From positions 17,107 through 81,106 of IMG/VR virus record IMGVR_UViG_3300018414_000007: 64,000 nt of DNA; one strand, written 5' to 3'. Shown piece after piece: positions 35,912 through 45,284 of the stretch. A program made the position numbers and the translations under genes. Each line of letters starts with the position of its first letter. The first letter of the stretch is position 1. Under the pieces are notes generated by a model. The model ran no database searches and was not told the origin of the DNA. It was given only the letters and a program-made list of their open reading frames with translations. This DNA is from a virus.

Positions 35912-37048
35912 TTGACAGGAGAAGTAACAAGTTCTTCATATTACCGTAAAGTAATAGAAGACATAAAAAATAACAAGAAAAGAAGGTTAGAAGGAAAACT
36001 AAATTGTATACCTTGGAGAAGTTTTCCTAAATTATGTACAAAAATTCCAGGTATAGAACAAGAACAATATGTTATTGTTACAGCAAATAGTAAAGTAGGT
36101 AAGACTCAACTTGCAGATTTTCTATATGTATTAGAGCCATATAAGTTTATTAAGGATAATCCTGATTGTGGTATTAAGTTAAAGATATTTTATTTCTCTT
36201 TAGAAATTAGTAGAAAGAAGAAACTAATATCTCTATTAACAAATAAGATTTATAATGAAACTGGTAAAATAATTGATGCTCAGAATATTAATTCTAAGTT
36301 TGATAATTATATACTAGAAGATGATATAGAACAATTAATAGAAAAATATATACCCTATTTTGATGAGTTCGAGAAAACTGTATCTATTATTGATAATATT
36401 AGGAATCCTTTTGGTATTTATAAGTATATGCGAACCTATGCGGAAACTCATGGTAAGTATGTTAAAAAGGAAATAGAAATAATAGATGAATATGGAAATG
36501 TAAAGAATGAACTAGTAAATGATTACTATGTTCCAAATGATCCAGATGAATATGTAATTGTGTTAACTGACTCAGCTAACTTATTAGCTCCTGAGAATGG
36601 AGGTAATTTGCATCAAGCTATGAGTAAGTTTAGTAGTGATTATTGTCTTCATATGAGAGATAAATGGAAGTACACAGTAGTTAATATACAGCAACAAGCT
36701 GCAGAACAAGAGAAACAACAATTTAATAACTTTGGTGGTTCTATCACTAATAAACTAAGACCATCAGCAGATGGATTAGGTGATAATAAGCTAACTGGTA
36801 GAGATTGTAATCTTATGTTTGGTTTATTTGCTCCACATAGATATGAAATAAAAACATATAATGGCTATGATATTGAAAGATTAAAAGACAATTATAGAGA
36901 ATTAAATGTTTTATTTAATAGAGATGGTGGTGGATTTTTTACAGATGACTTACTATTTAGTGGTGCTGTAAATCATTTTGAAGAAGCTCCTAGAGAAATC
37001 AGAGGAGATGAAGAATATAGTAAATTGTTAAAAAGGATAAGGAGTTAA
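35912..37048 (+). CDS. DnaB-like (SF4) replicative helicase
   Basis: Walker A ANSKVGKT, FSLEIS, IVLTDSANLL, NIQQQ and NRDG motifs; TTG start. Confidence 0.85.
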   Translation: MTGEVTSSSYYRKVIEDIKNNKKRRLEGKLNCIPWRSFPKLCTKIPGIEQEQYVIVTANSKVGKTQLADFLYVLEPYKFIKDNPDCGIKLKIFYFSLEISRKKKLISLLTNKIYNETGKIIDAQNINSKFDNYILEDDIEQLIEKYIPYFDEFEKTVSIIDNIRNPFGIYKYMRTYAETHGKYVKKEIEIIDEYGNVKNELVNDYYVPNDPDEYVIVLTDSANLLAPENGGNLHQAMSKFSSDYCLHMRDKWKYTVVNIQQQAAEQEKQQFNNFGGSITNKLRPSADGLGDNKLTGRDCNLMFGLFAPHRYEIKTYNGYDIERLKDNYRELNVLFNRDGGGFFTDDLLFSGAVNHFEEAPREIRGDEEYSKLLKRIRS

Positions 37049-37660
37049 GTGAGAGAAGAAGAAGTAATGATAATGAGTGATACTAGTAGAGACTTAGTAA
37101 TTCAAAAAACTAACCAAGATACAATGTTGCAAGAAGCACATACTTGGGTTAAGAGTGGATTATTGCCTGCTAATATCAAAACTCCAGAGCAAGCTGTAGT
37201 AATAGCTCTGAAGGGTAAAGAATTAAATCTACAGACTATGGCATCATTTGAAATGATTGATGTTATAATGGGTAAACCTTGTCTAAAGCCTAAAGGAATG
37301 GCAGCTTTAGTAAGAAAAGGTGGAGTAAAAACTAAAACCATCAAAGACTTTGAACCTGTTTATAATGAAGAGGGAAAGAAAGTAGATATGGAAACTGTTA
37401 TCAGATTCTATAGAGATGGTATTGAAGAAGACGTAAAATATACTTATATGGATGCTTCTAATTTAGGTTTAACTTCCAAAGATAATTGGAAGAAACAACC
37501 TGGGGTTATGATGTATTGGAGGTGTTATAGCAAAGGAGCTAATAGAGTTTGTCCAGACTTGATTGGAGGATTATATACAACAGAAGAATTAGCATCCTTT
37601 ACAGCAAATGCACCAGAAATCATCTTAACAGAAGATGGAGAATCTGTAGTAGTACAATAA
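37049..37660 (+). CDS. RecT/Bet-like single-strand annealing protein
   Basis: WKKQPGVMMYWRC...CPDLIGGLYTTEE motif; GTG start. Confidence 0.75.
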   Translation: MREEEVMIMSDTSRDLVIQKTNQDTMLQEAHTWVKSGLLPANIKTPEQAVVIALKGKELNLQTMASFEMIDVIMGKPCLKPKGMAALVRKGGVKTKTIKDFEPVYNEEGKKVDMETVIRFYRDGIEEDVKYTYMDASNLGLTSKDNWKKQPGVMMYWRCYSKGANRVCPDLIGGLYTTEELASFTANAPEIILTEDGESVVVQ

Positions 37661-37666
37661 ATAATA

Positions 37667-37828
37667 ATGAAAGTTGATAAAGTAGAAATAGCTAAAGAAG
37701 TATTAAGAGAAATGAAGATTTCATTTTGTAATGATATAGATGATAATGAATGGTATATTAGTACAGATGAAGATCATATAATTAATGCTATGTTAGTATT
37801 TTTAGAAAAAGTAAATAATTTAAAATAG
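37667..37828 (+). CDS. Small hypothetical protein (53 aa)
   Basis: Read by hand: MKVDKVEIAKEVLRE... Confidence 0.5.
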   Translation: MKVDKVEIAKEVLREMKISFCNDIDDNEWYISTDEDHIINAMLVFLEKVNNLK

Positions 37829-37836
37829 ATAGATAA

Positions 37837-38388
37837 GTGAACGAGGTAATGACAGAAAATAATAACGTAGTAGATTTTAGCCAAGTAGTAGAACCTACAA
37901 ATACTAATAAACCAGCAGTAAAAAGAGTATCTAAAGGTGCTCAAGTATTAACAATTACTGCTATTGAAGATACAATGAGTAGAGGTGGAACTCCAGGTTT
38001 TGCTGTAACTTTTGCAAATGTAGAAGGAGCAACTTTTCCACATACATTTTGGAATACACCAAAAGCAGTTGTAAGGATTCAAAATTTAGTAACAGGTTTT
38101 ACTGGTGAAAAACCTACTGGTAAAATGGATACAGCATCTTTAAGTGCAGCTTTAGTAGGGCAATCCTCAAACTGTATTGTTGATGCTAATATCAAATTAA
38201 ATGAAAGTAATGGAAAGGTATACAGAAATGAATATCCTACATTAAGATATAGTGGTTTTGCTAATAAAGTAACTCCATTTAAAGATTCTGATGCAGTAGT
38301 TAATGAACCAGCAGAACTTGGAAGTGTAACTTCTAATACTGTATTAGGAGTTATGGATCAACCAGATAATGGAGGACTTCCTTTTTAA
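37837..38388 (+). CDS. Probable ssDNA-binding protein (DUF669-like)
   Basis: Beta-rich core and C-terminal DNGGLPF tail; next to the annealing protein. Confidence 0.65.
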   Translation: MNEVMTENNNVVDFSQVVEPTNTNKPAVKRVSKGAQVLTITAIEDTMSRGGTPGFAVTFANVEGATFPHTFWNTPKAVVRIQNLVTGFTGEKPTGKMDTASLSAALVGQSSNCIVDANIKLNESNGKVYRNEYPTLRYSGFANKVTPFKDSDAVVNEPAELGSVTSNTVLGVMDQPDNGGLPF

Positions 38389-38402
38389 AATGGTAAGTTA
38401 AA

Positions 38403-38434
38403 TTTGTAATTACCGTTTTAATTTAGTATCTTTA
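38403..38434 (+). promoter_or_regulatory. Bacteroidota-type promoter for the second HNH gene
   Basis: TTTG-N20-TATCTTTA, 3 nt before the ATG. Confidence 0.55.
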
Positions 38435-38437
38435 TAC

Positions 38438-38977
38438 ATGAAGAATTGTATCATATGTAAAGAAGTACAGCCATTAGATAACTTTTATAAACATAAGGGT
38501 ATGTCTGATGGCTTACTTAATAAATGTAAGTCTTGTTGTAAAAATCAGAGTAAGAAAAGAGAAAAGTTTCTAAGATTAAATAATCCTGAATGGGTTAAAA
38601 AGGATAGAAATAGGTGTAGATTAAAATTTCATAGGCTTAGTAAAAATTGGAAACAGCCCTCTGTAGAAGTTAAAAGAAAGAGAAATATGAATTATAAAAA
38701 GAATTATCCAGAAAAATATGCTGCTCATTTAGCTTGTAAAAATTTAATCAAAGGAGATTCAAGTAATCACTTACACCATTGGTCTTATAATGAACAACAT
38801 TATACAGATTGTATTGAACTAAATTCTGAATGTCATAATTATGTACATAGATTTATCATATATGATCAAGAGTATATGATGTATAGAACTATAGATAATA
38901 AACTTTTAGATACAAAGGAAAAGCATTTGGATTATATAAATCAATGTTTTAAAGACAATTTAATTAATAAACTTTGA
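38438..38977 (+). CDS. HNH endonuclease with N-terminal Zn finger
   Basis: CIIC...CKSC and HLHHWSYN...ECHNYVH. Confidence 0.8.
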   Translation: MKNCIICKEVQPLDNFYKHKGMSDGLLNKCKSCCKNQSKKREKFLRLNNPEWVKKDRNRCRLKFHRLSKNWKQPSVEVKRKRNMNYKKNYPEKYAAHLACKNLIKGDSSNHLHHWSYNEQHYTDCIELNSECHNYVHRFIIYDQEYMMYRTIDNKLLDTKEKHLDYINQCFKDNLINKL

Positions 38978-39993
38978 TCGTAGATTTTGATAGTATACCT
39001 TTAACAAGTGCTGAGGATTTACTTAGTAAGGTTTCTGAAAAAGAAATCTATGAGTACTATCTTGGAGAATCTATTAAGGAAGGACGAGCTTATACTTGTC
39101 CTTTCCATAAAGATAACACTCCATCTTTAAGCTTCAAATTGATGCCTAGTGGTTTATTATATCACAAATGCTTTGGATGTGGAGAGGGAGGAAGTGCAAT
39201 TAACTTTGTAAGTAAATTAAAACATTTGTACTCAACCAGAGATGCAATAAGCCTAATACAGAGAGATTTAAACTTGGGTTTAGGAGGACCTGTAAGTTCT
39301 TCTACTACTCCTAGAGAAAGAGTATTAAATACGGGCTTTACTACAGAGGATAATACTGTTATTATACCAGTGAAACAATCTTTCACTCTAGCTGATTATA
39401 GATATTGGCAGCAGTATTATATATCTCTTAACATGTTACTAAAGTATAATATAAGTAGCTGCAAGGAAGTATATATCAAAAGAATCAAAGAAAATAGTCT
39501 AGCTTTATTTGCAGTGTATTCTAATACTAATCCTATTTATTGTTATGAGATAGGAAACAAATATAAGATTTATAGACCGTTAAATCCTACCAAATCATTT
39601 AAATGGCTTAGTACCTGTAAAGCCATTGATATACAGGGGATGGAACAATTACCTTCTAAAGGTGATTTGCTTATTATAACATCCTCAATGAAAGATCTAC
39701 TTGTACTCAAACTATTTGGATATAATGCTATAGCATTAGGAGGAGAAGGTAATAGAATATCTGCAAAAATTCTAGACTATCTCTATGCCTGTTTTAATAA
39801 AATTATTGTATTTTATGATAATGATGAAGCAGGATTAAAGTATGGAGAAAAGTTTGCCTCTGAGATAGAGTCTAATTACATTTATATTCCAACAGAATAT
39901 AGTGATACAAAAGATATCTCAGATTTTATTAAAAAGTATGGAAAAGAACAGACGGGAAGTTTGCTCAAAAATTTAATTAATGATAGTAAGTAA
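38974..39993 (+). CDS. DNA primase (CHC2 Zn finger plus Toprim)
   Basis: CPFHKDNTPS...KCFGCG, IITSSMKD, FYDNDEAG and KDISD motifs. Confidence 0.9.
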   Translation: MIVDFDSIPLTSAEDLLSKVSEKEIYEYYLGESIKEGRAYTCPFHKDNTPSLSFKLMPSGLLYHKCFGCGEGGSAINFVSKLKHLYSTRDAISLIQRDLNLGLGGPVSSSTTPRERVLNTGFTTEDNTVIIPVKQSFTLADYRYWQQYYISLNMLLKYNISSCKEVYIKRIKENSLALFAVYSNTNPIYCYEIGNKYKIYRPLNPTKSFKWLSTCKAIDIQGMEQLPSKGDLLIITSSMKDLLVLKLFGYNAIALGGEGNRISAKILDYLYACFNKIIVFYDNDEAGLKYGEKFASEIESNYIYIPTEYSDTKDISDFIKKYGKEQTGSLLKNLINDSK

Positions 39994-40615
39994 TGTTAAC
40001 AAGGAGTCAATTGAAGAAAAGACAGTTAAGGACAAAGAGTATCAGTTACTTAAGAGGACTGAAATCCCCTTTAGTGAATATGTCCAAGTCTCAAAGAAAA
40101 GAAGACCAGTACCATATATAAAAGGAAGATGTAGACTTCCTAAAAGATATCAGGATAAAACTTTGTATGATTTTAATGCAAAAGGTTATCTTGCAGTTAT
40201 AGCTACAGGAGAAGTATTAGTATCTAATACAAAGACTGTAGGAACTCCTAGAATAAAGAAAGTAAATGGTCAAAACATATATAATGGTAATGTTAGTAGA
40301 CAAGCAAGAGCGAGTCTAGTAAAAGGATTACATGAACAATTTGGTAGATATATCAAAGATATAGAACCAATTCAAGATATTAAGCATTTTCCTTTAGGAT
40401 TACATCTACATTTTAAAGTGCATGATAAAGGAAATCTTAATTTAGATAATGATAATAGGTGGATTTGGAGAAAGGCTATTCAAGATACAATGGTACAAGA
40501 AGGTATAATTCCAGAAGATAATCCATATGTTATTTGGGAAAACTTAGAAAGAACAATACTAATATCTCCAGAAAAGGAGCCATCATTAGTAATAGAAATT
40601 TGGGGATATGCGTAA
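39980..40615 (+). CDS. RusA-like Holliday junction resolvase
   Basis: NLDNDN...KAIQDTMVQEGIIPEDN matches the RusA catalytic D/K/D spacing. Confidence 0.65.
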   Translation: MIVSNVNKESIEEKTVKDKEYQLLKRTEIPFSEYVQVSKKRRPVPYIKGRCRLPKRYQDKTLYDFNAKGYLAVIATGEVLVSNTKTVGTPRIKKVNGQNIYNGNVSRQARASLVKGLHEQFGRYIKDIEPIQDIKHFPLGLHLHFKVHDKGNLNLDNDNRWIWRKAIQDTMVQEGIIPEDNPYVIWENLERTILISPEKEPSLVIEIWGYA

Positions 40616-41423
40616 TTTAGCAATATTAGATGCAGATTTTTTATTATTTAGTTGTACTGCTGGAAATAAAGTATTAGATTCTGAAGGTGATCCTATAAGA
40701 GAAGATAATAAATTTGTATATACAGATAAAACCTTAGAAGAGGTTTTTAAGGCTGCTGACGTCACTATTAGTAATTTACTAGATAAGTGTTCAGCTGATT
40801 ATTATTGTGGCTTCCTAGGGGCTTGTAAGAGCTTTAGAAAGGAAATCTATCCAGATTATAAAGCCAATAGAAAAGATTTTGAAAGACCAAGATTTTATAG
40901 AGAGTTAATAAACTATTTATATGATACTTGGAAATTTATAGGTACTACTGATGGTCTTGAAGCAGATGATGCTGTTAATATAGTTAAGAATAATTTTAAA
41001 AATGACTATAACTGTATAATTGTATCATCTGATAAAGACTTGATTAAGTGCATTGAAGGAACTTATTTAAATCCAAGAGATTTAAGTATAGTTGAAACAG
41101 ATAATACAGAAGCCAGAAGAAGTTTCTGGAAGAGTATGATAACAGGAGATCCTATTGATAATATCAAGGGTTTACCTGGAAAAGGTATTGTTTATGCAAA
41201 TAGTGTAATAGATTTTTGTGAAGAAAAGAAGGAGAATTATGCTATTGAAGTGCTAGATAGATACATTAGACAGTTTGGTGAGGAGGATGGAATAGAAGAA
41301 TTTAGAAAAAACTATAAATGTTTGAAAATATTAGATAATTTTCGTAACTTTGTTTTGCCGACATTGCGAAGTTGGGAATTATCTTTTACTAAATCTTCTA
41401 AATTAGATTTGGAAGGAGTTTAA
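40608..41423 (+). CDS. 5'-3' exonuclease (T7 gp6/PolA N-terminal-like)
   Basis: LDADFL, YKANR, LEADDAV, SSDKDL and GDPIDNIKGLPGKG motifs. Confidence 0.92.
   Translation: MRNLAILDADFLLFSCTAGNKVLDSEGDPIREDNKFVYTDKTLEEVFKAADVTISNLLDKCSADYYCGFLGACKSFRKEIYPDYKANRKDFERPRFYRELINYLYDTWKFIGTTDGLEADDAVNIVKNNFKNDYNCIIVSSDKDLIKCIEGTYLNPRDLSIVETDNTEARRSFWKSMITGDPIDNIKGLPGKGIVYANSVIDFCEEKKENYAIEVLDRYIRQFGEEDGIEEFRKNYKCLKILDNFRNFVLPTLRSWELSFTKSSKLDLEGV
41321..41352 (+). promoter_or_regulatory. Internal Bacteroidota promoter
   Basis: TTTG-N20-TAACTTTG inside the 3' end of the exonuclease gene. Confidence 0.55.
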
Positions 41424-42028
41424 TGAATAAAAACGAGGAGGCAGAAACATTTAATTTAAGGGACCAAATCAGTCCTAAAGAAGCATATGTTCCTAAAAAG
41501 AATAAATCATGTTTCTTTGTATTACCATTATTAGGATATCCTAGTTATTGGTATTATGGATTAATAAACTGTTACTTAAGAGATAATATAAATAAACCTG
41601 AACTTGGTTATAAGATTTTCTTAAATCTATCAAATTATGATAAAAAGGTATTAAATATACATGAGTTTAATCAATTCTATCAATTAGAAGATAAGACTTA
41701 TATGTATGTATTTGATATACCTAAGAGATTTGAAGATGATTATTATAAATTTTGTGAAGGTAAATATTCTAAAATTTCACCTGAAGCTAAAACATTAATT
41801 TGTAAGCTGAGTGGGATTAAACCAGTTACAGAAAGTGTTGTACACAAAGTATTGTACAAAACTTCAGATATGAAACAAAGAATAGAAGAATTAATAGGTG
41901 AGATATTACCAATGGAAGCTGAAGTATATTCAGTACCCAATTTAGATAAAGAAACATATTCTATTTTTAAAATTAGAAATAGTAATATAGTTAAAGCAGT
42001 GGAGGATGAGGTAAGTGAAAGAGGATAA
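41423..42028 (+). CDS. Hypothetical protein (crAss-like replication block)
   Basis: FVLPLLG...LINCYL...MYVFDIP...GKYSKIS. Confidence 0.7.
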   Translation: MNKNEEAETFNLRDQISPKEAYVPKKNKSCFFVLPLLGYPSYWYYGLINCYLRDNINKPELGYKIFLNLSNYDKKVLNIHEFNQFYQLEDKTYMYVFDIPKRFEDDYYKFCEGKYSKISPEAKTLICKLSGIKPVTESVVHKVLYKTSDMKQRIEELIGEILPMEAEVYSVPNLDKETYSIFKIRNSNIVKAVEDEVSERG

Positions 42029-42347
42029 ATTCTTTAAATTTGTTGATTGGAGAGTAAAACAAATAGTTACTGTTCTAGCAAGTAAAGGAAAAGAATATAG
42101 TACAGAAGATAATAAACTGCATAATTTTGATAAAGCTTCAATTAAATCTGGAAAGATTAGAGAAGAAGTAATTAAAGATTTTATGTTAAAACATGAAATT
42201 AGTGTAGATGATATTATTGATAATATTAAGGAAGGTAAACTTCCAAGTAAAAGTTTAGTAGCTGAAAAAGTAGGAGATATAATTAACTATTATATTCTAC
42301 TAGAAGCTTCAATATATGATAGAATAGATAAGGAGGTGAATGGATAA
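42015..42347 (+). CDS. Nucleotide-modification-associated (DUF1599/Nmad1-like) protein
   Basis: LASKGKEYS...LHNF...K..DIINYYIL pattern. Confidence 0.65.
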   Translation: MKEDKFFKFVDWRVKQIVTVLASKGKEYSTEDNKLHNFDKASIKSGKIREEVIKDFMLKHEISVDDIIDNIKEGKLPSKSLVAEKVGDIINYYILLEASIYDRIDKEVNG

Positions 42348-43224
42348 GGAAAGAGTAAGAAAGTTTTTATTAGCTAATAGAGGATATTTAAAGAAAGGAG
42401 CTAATACTGTATCTATAAGAGTCTTTGGAGTAAATACTTCAGATAAAGTAGATTTAGTTAAATTAGTACAACAAGAAATTAGGAGAGGAACTAAAGTTAA
42501 AGTAGAAAAAGCCATAGAATTAGAGGAAAAACCTCAAAAAGCTTCTTTTAATATTAACAGTTATAAGAATCTTGATATTCTAGTTGTAGGAGATTTACAT
42601 GCACCTTTTGCTCTACCTGATTATATTGAATGGTGCTATCAACTTAGTAAAGAGTATAAAACAAATAAAACTATCTTTATAGGTGATGTAATAGATTCAC
42701 ATAGTTGGAGCTATCATGAACATGATGTAGATGGTTTAAGTGTAGGACATGAATTAGATGCTGGTATTAGACAACTAAGAGTAGCATATAAAATGTTTCC
42801 TGAAGTTGATATAACTCTTGGAAATCATGATTTACTTATTGCTAGGAAAGCTAAAACAGCTGGATTATCAAGAAGGTTTATTAGAGATTTAGGAGAAGTA
42901 TTAGAAGCACCTAAAACATGGAATTTTGTACATGAAGTTAAATATCATGATGTTAATTATATTCATGGTACAACTGGTAATGCTTTTACAAGAGCTAAGG
43001 ATAGTAGAACAAGTACAGTGCAAGGTCATTTACATAGCCAAGCATTTGTACAATATAGTGTTTCTGAAAAAGATGCAATTTTTGGATTGCAAATAGGATG
43101 TGGTGTAGATCATCATAAATATGCATTTGAATATGCTAAACCTATGACTAAGAAACCAATAATTAGTGCAGGAGTTGTTCTTGAAAATGGAACACTTCCT
43201 ATTTTAAGATTAATGAAATTATAA
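42340..43224 (+). CDS. Calcineurin-like metallophosphoesterase
   Basis: GDLH, GDVID, GNHD, IHG and GHLH motifs. Confidence 0.88.
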   Translation: MDKERVRKFLLANRGYLKKGANTVSIRVFGVNTSDKVDLVKLVQQEIRRGTKVKVEKAIELEEKPQKASFNINSYKNLDILVVGDLHAPFALPDYIEWCYQLSKEYKTNKTIFIGDVIDSHSWSYHEHDVDGLSVGHELDAGIRQLRVAYKMFPEVDITLGNHDLLIARKAKTAGLSRRFIRDLGEVLEAPKTWNFVHEVKYHDVNYIHGTTGNAFTRAKDSRTSTVQGHLHSQAFVQYSVSEKDAIFGLQIGCGVDHHKYAFEYAKPMTKKPIISAGVVLENGTLPILRLMKL

Positions 43225-43226
43225 AT

Positions 43227-43412
43227 TTGAAAAAGAGTACAACAGGATATAAAGGGGTTTCCCAACAAACAGGAAAAAAGAAGAGATATGAGGCGTATTT
43301 TACAACTCATAATAATGATAAGACTAAGACAATCAAATATTATATTGGATTGTTTGATACACCACAATTAGCTCATATAGCTAGAATAAATTATATAGAT
43401 AGTCTTAAATAA
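43227..43412 (+). CDS. Stand-alone AP2-domain protein
   Basis: STTGYKGVS...YEAY...YIGLFDTPQLAHIAR. Confidence 0.75.
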   Translation: MKKSTTGYKGVSQQTGKKKRYEAYFTTHNNDKTKTIKYYIGLFDTPQLAHIARINYIDSLK

Positions 43413-43424
43413 ATATAAACATAC

Positions 43425-43449
43425 AGGGAGGTCAAAAGCCTCCCTTTTT
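43425..43449 (+). terminator. Intrinsic terminator
   Basis: AGGGAGGT-CAAAA-GCCTCCCT followed by a T-run. Confidence 0.8.
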
Positions 43450-43460
43450 AATTTAATAAG

Positions 43461-43673
43461 ATGTTAGAAATTGAATCATTATCTTCTATAGCAGAAACAA
43501 AAGTAGAAAACATTGAGAAGGAGTTATCTTCAAGACAAAAAACAATTTTAAAAAATAGAATTGAAAAGAACTCTAAAATTACTTTAAAAAGAGCAGTTAA
43601 ACAACTAGGTAAAAGAAGAGTTAATAAAATTATAAAAGCAGTTAGAACTGTTATAAATAATAAAAATATATGA
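43461..43673 (+). CDS. Small basic protein
   Basis: 70 aa, K/R-rich helices. Confidence 0.6.
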   Translation: MLEIESLSSIAETKVENIEKELSSRQKTILKNRIEKNSKITLKRAVKQLGKRRVNKIIKAVRTVINNKNI

Positions 43674-44467
43674 TAGACACAGCAGAACTAGATGAACTAG
43701 TTATGAACAAAATATTAGGTAAGCCTAATAAAGTAATTATTCCTAAAGATGTAAAGGTTATAGATTCTTTTAGAAGAAAGGGATTAAATGAAGGAAGAGA
43801 TCATGGCTTAGGTTATTCTATATTACATAAAGAGTCAGATACTGAATTTAAAGCGTTAATGGCATTTACAGCCTGTAAAGATTACTTAAATGATTTTGTA
43901 TATGTAGAAACAACTGGTAAATCTCTTAGTAGTATTTATGGATTTAAACATAATTATACTGGATTATTAAAAGGTAAAGAACATTTCTATCTTGGTTTAA
44001 GACCTTTAAACTATTTACACGGTTCTAAGTATTCTGGTTTTGAAGCAGTTAGTAATTCATTAAAAGATAATAATTCTAATATTATTAAGTATTTAAATAA
44101 TCTTGAAGATAAATTTAAAGTTAATGGAAGAACAACATTTGAAACTTATACAGATGACATATTAATTCTGAAAGTTCCAATGTTTTGGATAAAATTTCCT
44201 TTTATGTTTAGTTTATATGGATTATTAGTAAGATGCTTTTTAAATATAACTAAAGAAGAATTAGAAAAAGATCCAATTACAACTATTAATGACAAGAAGT
44301 CAACTGTAATAGTTGGAGATAACTCTTTATTAAGTTCTTTAAAAAACTATTTAGACTCTTTAAATCCTGATAAATTATTAGATTATCAATATCCAACAGA
44401 TCCAAATAGTAGTTATATACATAATTTTGGGATTATTGGAAGATTAAATACAATAAAGAAAAAATGA
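43670..44467 (+). CDS. Hypothetical protein (possibly amidoligase-cluster associated)
   Basis: 265 aa with CKDYLND...LKVPMFW...SLYGLLVR...IHNFGI. Family resemblance is from memory only. Confidence 0.6.
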   Translation: MIDTAELDELVMNKILGKPNKVIIPKDVKVIDSFRRKGLNEGRDHGLGYSILHKESDTEFKALMAFTACKDYLNDFVYVETTGKSLSSIYGFKHNYTGLLKGKEHFYLGLRPLNYLHGSKYSGFEAVSNSLKDNNSNIIKYLNNLEDKFKVNGRTTFETYTDDILILKVPMFWIKFPFMFSLYGLLVRCFLNITKEELEKDPITTINDKKSTVIVGDNSLLSSLKNYLDSLNPDKLLDYQYPTDPNSSYIHNFGIIGRLNTIKKK

Positions 44468-44574
44468 AATACATATTAAGAAAAATGTACTGGGCTTTTA
44501 CAGAAGGATTAGCTGCAGGAATAGGATTTATTATTGGTCTTTGGATTACAATGAAAATATTTACACTTATTTAA

Positions 44575-44757
44575 ATGTCAGAAAAGATTAAAACATTGAT
44601 AGATTTCCAAGCAGCATCATTTGATAGAACAGCTTACATAGAAATAATAGGAGATGAAGTAGTTTATGATGTATCAGATGGAGAATATGGTCCTTGTTAT
44701 TTTTCATTGAAAGAATTAGAAGAAAAAATTAAAGAACATAAGGAGAAATTAAAGTAA
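44575..44757 (+). CDS. Hypothetical protein
   Basis: 60-aa ORF coupled to the next gene. Confidence 0.55.
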   Translation: MSEKIKTLIDFQAASFDRTAYIEIIGDEVVYDVSDGEYGPCYFSLKELEEKIKEHKEKLK

Positions 44758-45284
44758 TGAGTACATTTTTTATAGGATGTCTCCATTTTGGTCATGAATG
44801 GATGGCTAAGCATAGAGGTTTTACATCCTCTAAAGAACATGACGAAAATATTATTAATAATTGGAACAAAACTATTAGTAAAAATGATATAACTTTTATA
44901 CTTGGAGATATTACCATGGAAACTACTGAGTTTTATCCATATTTAGATGAACTTAAAGGTAGAAAAATAGTAGTTCTTGGAAATCATGACAATTGGAAAC
45001 ACACTAGAGAATTATTGAAGTATGTAGAAAGCGTAGCAGGAATGATAGATTATAAGGGTTATGTATTAACTCATTGCCCTATTCATCCAGTAGAAATAAG
45101 TTTTTGTAGAGGTAATATTCATGCTCATATACATGAAAATAAACTTTTAGAAGTAGAGTATTTATCTCGTTATGGAGATCCTGGATCAATAATTGAGCCT
45201 ACATTATTTAAATATATTAATGTAGATGCTCAGCAAATAGGTTATACACCATTAGCATTAGAGGAGATAAGAAAAAATGAATAA
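44757..45284 (+). CDS. Metallophosphoesterase
   Basis: GCLHFGH (Cys in place of the usual Asp), LGD, GNHD, THCP and HAHIH motifs. Confidence 0.85.
   Translation: MSTFFIGCLHFGHEWMAKHRGFTSSKEHDENIINNWNKTISKNDITFILGDITMETTEFYPYLDELKGRKIVVLGNHDNWKHTRELLKYVESVAGMIDYKGYVLTHCPIHPVEISFCRGNIHAHIHENKLLEVEYLSRYGDPGSIIEPTLFKYINVDAQQIGYTPLALEEIRKNE

Noticed and set aside
1579-37048. Inteins in TerL, PolA, NrdJ or the helicase
   Set aside because: Protein lengths are normal, and no C...HN splice motifs or LAGLIDADG blocks were seen.
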